From: Opitutales bacterium
GTDB taxonomy: Bacteria > Verrucomicrobiota > Verrucomicrobiia > Opitutales > PNEW01
Reading direction: 5' to 3'
Assembly (NCBI GenBank): GCA_965219535.1
Contig: CBDCNV010000002.1
Coordinates: 330,001 to 362,000, forward strand
DNA length: 32,000 nucleotides
Every line of letters begins with the position of its first letter. The first letter of the stretch is position 1. The translations under genes and the position numbers were made by a program. This document shows positions 29,829 to 32,000 of this stretch, one piece after another. The notes under the pieces were generated by a model, which saw only the letters and a list, made by a program, of their open reading frames with translations, did not search any database and was not told the origin of the DNA.

Positions 29829-30242
29829 ATGTCACTGCTGCTTGAAATAGTAACGCCGGAAAAGGTCGTTTTCAGTGATAAGGCTGACTCGGTAGTCTTA
29901 CCGACATCCGAAGGTGATGTCGGTGTGCTCCCCGGTCATATTCCCCTCCTCGCTGCGCTGGCTCCTGGAGAATTACAGGTTATCACTGAGGGTAGAACTG
30001 AATACCTCACCGTGGACAAGGGTTTTGCGCAGGTCTTAGGGGATAAAGTATCGGTCCTGACCGAAGGCGCGATCGATGTCGAAGAGATTGATCTCTCTGC
30101 GGTAGAGGATGCGCAATTGCGAGCGGAGAAAGCGCTCGCCGAAGCGGCGGAACAGAAAATGGATCCCGCCGAGATTGAACAATTGGAGACGATTGCCCGG
30201 TTCTCCCTCGCACAAAAATTGGCGAAAGAAAAACGCCGTTAG
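29829..30242 (+). CDS. atpC: F0F1 ATP synthase subunit epsilon
   Basis: LEIVTPEKVVFSD....LPTSEGDVGVLPGHIPLL plus a C-terminal helical hairpin. Confidence 0.92.
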   Translation: MSLLLEIVTPEKVVFSDKADSVVLPTSEGDVGVLPGHIPLLAALAPGELQVITEGRTEYLTVDKGFAQVLGDKVSVLTEGAIDVEEIDLSAVEDAQLRAEKALAEAAEQKMDPAEIEQLETIARFSLAQKLAKEKRR

Positions 30243-30282
30243 ATTATTTATCAATAAAGAAAATACTTTTAATAATAAGTGA

Positions 30283-31017
30283 ATGAAAAATCCAGTTCGT
30301 GAAAAATTAAGCGAGGGTAAAGTATCGATCGGCTCATGGCTCAATCTCGGTTCGCCCCTGGCGGGTGAAGTGATGGCGGACGCGGGGTTTGAATGGCTCA
30401 CCGTTGATGCTGAGCATACCGCATATGATATGTCGCTCATTGCCGATACATTTCGCGGCATCGATGCGCGCGGAGCGGTGTCCTTTGTCCGTGCCTGGGA
30501 TCACAATCCCGTGACGATGGCCCGACTTCTCGACGCCGGCGCCTACGGTATTGTCATTCCCCATGTCAGTACCCCCGAGCAAGCGGCAGCTATCGCGAGT
30601 GCGATGCGCTACCCGCCGGTGGGTATACGCTCAAGTGGAACCGGTCGGATGGCGACTTTTGGCAGTGATTATAAGGCGACGGCCAACGGTGAAATCATGT
30701 GCATGCCGCAGATCGAAGACATGGAAGGAATCAATAATGCCGAAGCAATCATGTCCCTGGAGGGAGTGGATGTCGGCTTTCTCGGACCCGGTGACTTATC
30801 CATGTCCATGGGGCTGGAACCGGGTCATCCCGATCATGAAGCAGCGATCCAGAAATTTTTAGCGGCCTGTAAGAAAGTAGGAAAGCCAGCCGGGATCCCC
30901 ACCTCATTTGAAGCGGCCCAGCAGCGGATCGACGAGGGATTTCTCATGATCGATGTTTCCAACGAGCTCGCCATCCTCTCCGGCGCGGCGCGGAAGATGG
31001 TAGAAGCATTACGCTAA
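30283..31017 (+). CDS. HpcH/HpaI family aldolase (second copy in the window)
   Basis: GSWLNLGSP, WLTVDAEHT, VRAW, YPPVGIRS, QIEDMEG and LGPGDLS blocks. Confidence 0.8.
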   Translation: MKNPVREKLSEGKVSIGSWLNLGSPLAGEVMADAGFEWLTVDAEHTAYDMSLIADTFRGIDARGAVSFVRAWDHNPVTMARLLDAGAYGIVIPHVSTPEQAAAIASAMRYPPVGIRSSGTGRMATFGSDYKATANGEIMCMPQIEDMEGINNAEAIMSLEGVDVGFLGPGDLSMSMGLEPGHPDHEAAIQKFLAACKKVGKPAGIPTSFEAAQQRIDEGFLMIDVSNELAILSGAARKMVEALR

Positions 31018-31096
31018 GCTTGTTCCAAAGGGACTAAGACGGTAATTAATCTTGCCTCGATATTCGAGGGACGTTGATTATTATCATTTACCTTTA

Positions 31097-31172
31097 GGGC
31101 CCTTAGCTCAGCGGTTAGAGCAGAGGACTCATAATCCTTTGGTCGCAGGTTCGAATCCTGCAGGGCCCACCA
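31097..31172 (+). tRNA. tRNA with CAU anticodon, most likely tRNA-Ile2 (lysidine-modified) rather than elongator or initiator tRNA-Met; CCA is encoded
   Basis: Cloverleaf folded by hand: acceptor GGGCCCT/AGGGCCC, D stem GCTC/GAGC, anticodon stem GAGGA/TCCTT, loop CTCATAA, T stem GCAGG/CCTGC, loop TTCGAAT. The G1:C72 pair and the lack of a GGG/CCC anticodon stem exclude an initiator. C4:G69 and C5:G68 are TilS determinants. The overall sequence resembles ileX-type tRNAs as I recall them. Confidence 0.9.
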
Positions 31173-31384
31173 TTGATGATCAGTAAGTTATGATAATAGA
31201 GGGACAGTCCAACAAACATACTGATCTATTTCTGATCTACTTTTATTCATCACTATTTGCATTTAATAATATTGAACATCTATTTTTCTGAACCTTTGCA
31301 TGAGCGATCTATTAAACTACTGCCCGCTATCCTAAGGCGAAGGAACCCTTTCTCTCCTTGTATCATTCATTAGCGGTATGCTCT

Positions 31385-31530
31385 CGCTTAATTGATTGAT
31401 GGCTCTGCCCAAGATGATCTTTTTGCCCTGATTTAGAGGGGGTTTCCTTTGCCCTTTAGCTAGCTATAATTATGATATATTGCCCATACGAAGGCTCAAA
31501 AATAAGCTAGAGCGATCAATCAATTAATCG
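31385..31530. repeat. 22-bp inverted repeat (20 of 22 matching) enclosing 102 bp of AT-rich non-coding DNA
   Basis: The left arm at 31385..31406 is CGCTTAATTGATTGATGGCTCT. The right arm at 31509..31530 is AGAGCGATCAATCAATTAATCG. The core ATCAATCAATTAA is a perfect 13-mer match. Confidence 0.7.
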
Positions 31531-31589
31531 ATAATTATTGCGATTTTCCGCTTGATTTTTAGCAGCTTATGATATATAATATATTGATA

Positions 31590-32000
31590 ATGAATGATTT
31601 ACCATATAGATTTCGAGAATCTAGTTTTCGCCGGTTCGAGCCACACATTAATGACATCGTTAATTGCTTTCCTGGGCCAATTACCATCGACCCCACCCCA
31701 TTGAGCCAGGTCACCTTCTCTTGTCGCTTGAGGGATGCGATGAAGTCTCTCAGCTTAAACCGTTGGCAGACTGAAATCAGTATGGAGCGTTTTGATAGGA
31801 TTTACCGTGAAATTGTTGTTTCAGAAGGACATGGAGTAGTCAGAGTCGGATCGTCTAATACGATCAGGAATAACAAACCGCTAATACCATGCGGTAAAGT
31901 AACTGAAACGAGTGGAACAAAATTCGTGGAATTAATTTATCCTGATTTGGGATTGTTTATTGCCGCTTGTCTGATGGTTGATCGAAAAATTATGAATGAA
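31590..32000 (+). CDS. Hypothetical protein, N-terminal 137 codons; the ORF is still open at the right edge
   Basis: Not in the ORF track because it is open at the edge. ATG at 31590, then MNDLPYRFRESSFRRFEPHINDIVNCFPGPITIDPTPLSQVTFSCRLRDAMKSLSLNRWQTEISMERFDRIYREIVVSEGHGVVRVGSS... with no stop up to 32000. I recognise no family. Confidence 0.4.
   Translation, partial: MNDLPYRFRESSFRRFEPHINDIVNCFPGPITIDPTPLSQVTFSCRLRDAMKSLSLNRWQTEISMERFDRIYREIVVSEGHGVVRVGSSNTIRNNKPLIPCGKVTETSGTKFVELIYPDLGLFIAACLMVDRKIMNE

Noticed and set aside
31449-31462. TTGCCCTTTAGCTAGC resembles the 5' end of the tRNA (GGGCCCTTAGCTCAGC). Considered as an att-site remnant.
   Set aside because: Integration duplicates the tRNA 3' end, not the 5' end. 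The match is short, about 11 nt with an indel, and overlaps the TTGCCC motif series that explains it better.

Overview
The window reads as a 32 kb bacterial chromosomal segment, about 50% G+C by eye, densely coded, with no rRNA, CRISPR array, transposase or integrase visible. All family calls come from motif recognition in the translated ORFs. No database search was possible, and the taxon cannot be established from the sequence alone.

Content from left to right:
- A minus-strand run: a nucleosidase-like gene overlapping a spore-photoproduct-lyase-family radical SAM gene, followed by the start of an adenylate-forming ligase.
- A divergent macro-domain/acylphosphatase pair.
- A tightly packed plus-strand sugar-acid-type operon: SDR, TIM barrel, a 613-aa orphan with a GH42-like Cys4 motif, HpcH aldolase, TIM barrel and MBL. 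A membrane-anchored L7/L12-CTD-like peptide coupled to a secreted SMP-30 lactonase follows.
- A complete pspF / pspABC phage-shock module with a clear sigma-54 promoter.
- A STAS protein, a HAD hydrolase, two tandem PhyH-family dioxygenase paralogs and an EamA transporter.
- Housekeeping genes recA-mnmE-mnmG-trmB.
- An F1Fo ATP synthase operon, atpBEFHAG-[insert]-DC.
- A second HpcH aldolase, a tRNA with CAU anticodon that looks like tRNA-Ile2, and an AT-rich non-coding stretch leading to an orphan ORF that runs off the right edge.

The most unusual structure is a four-helix-bundle (23S rRNA IVS-protein / Avd-like) gene inserted between atpG and atpD. It is embedded in four arrays of a degenerate AATTCNT heptamer. 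One array is inverted and is complementary to the other three.
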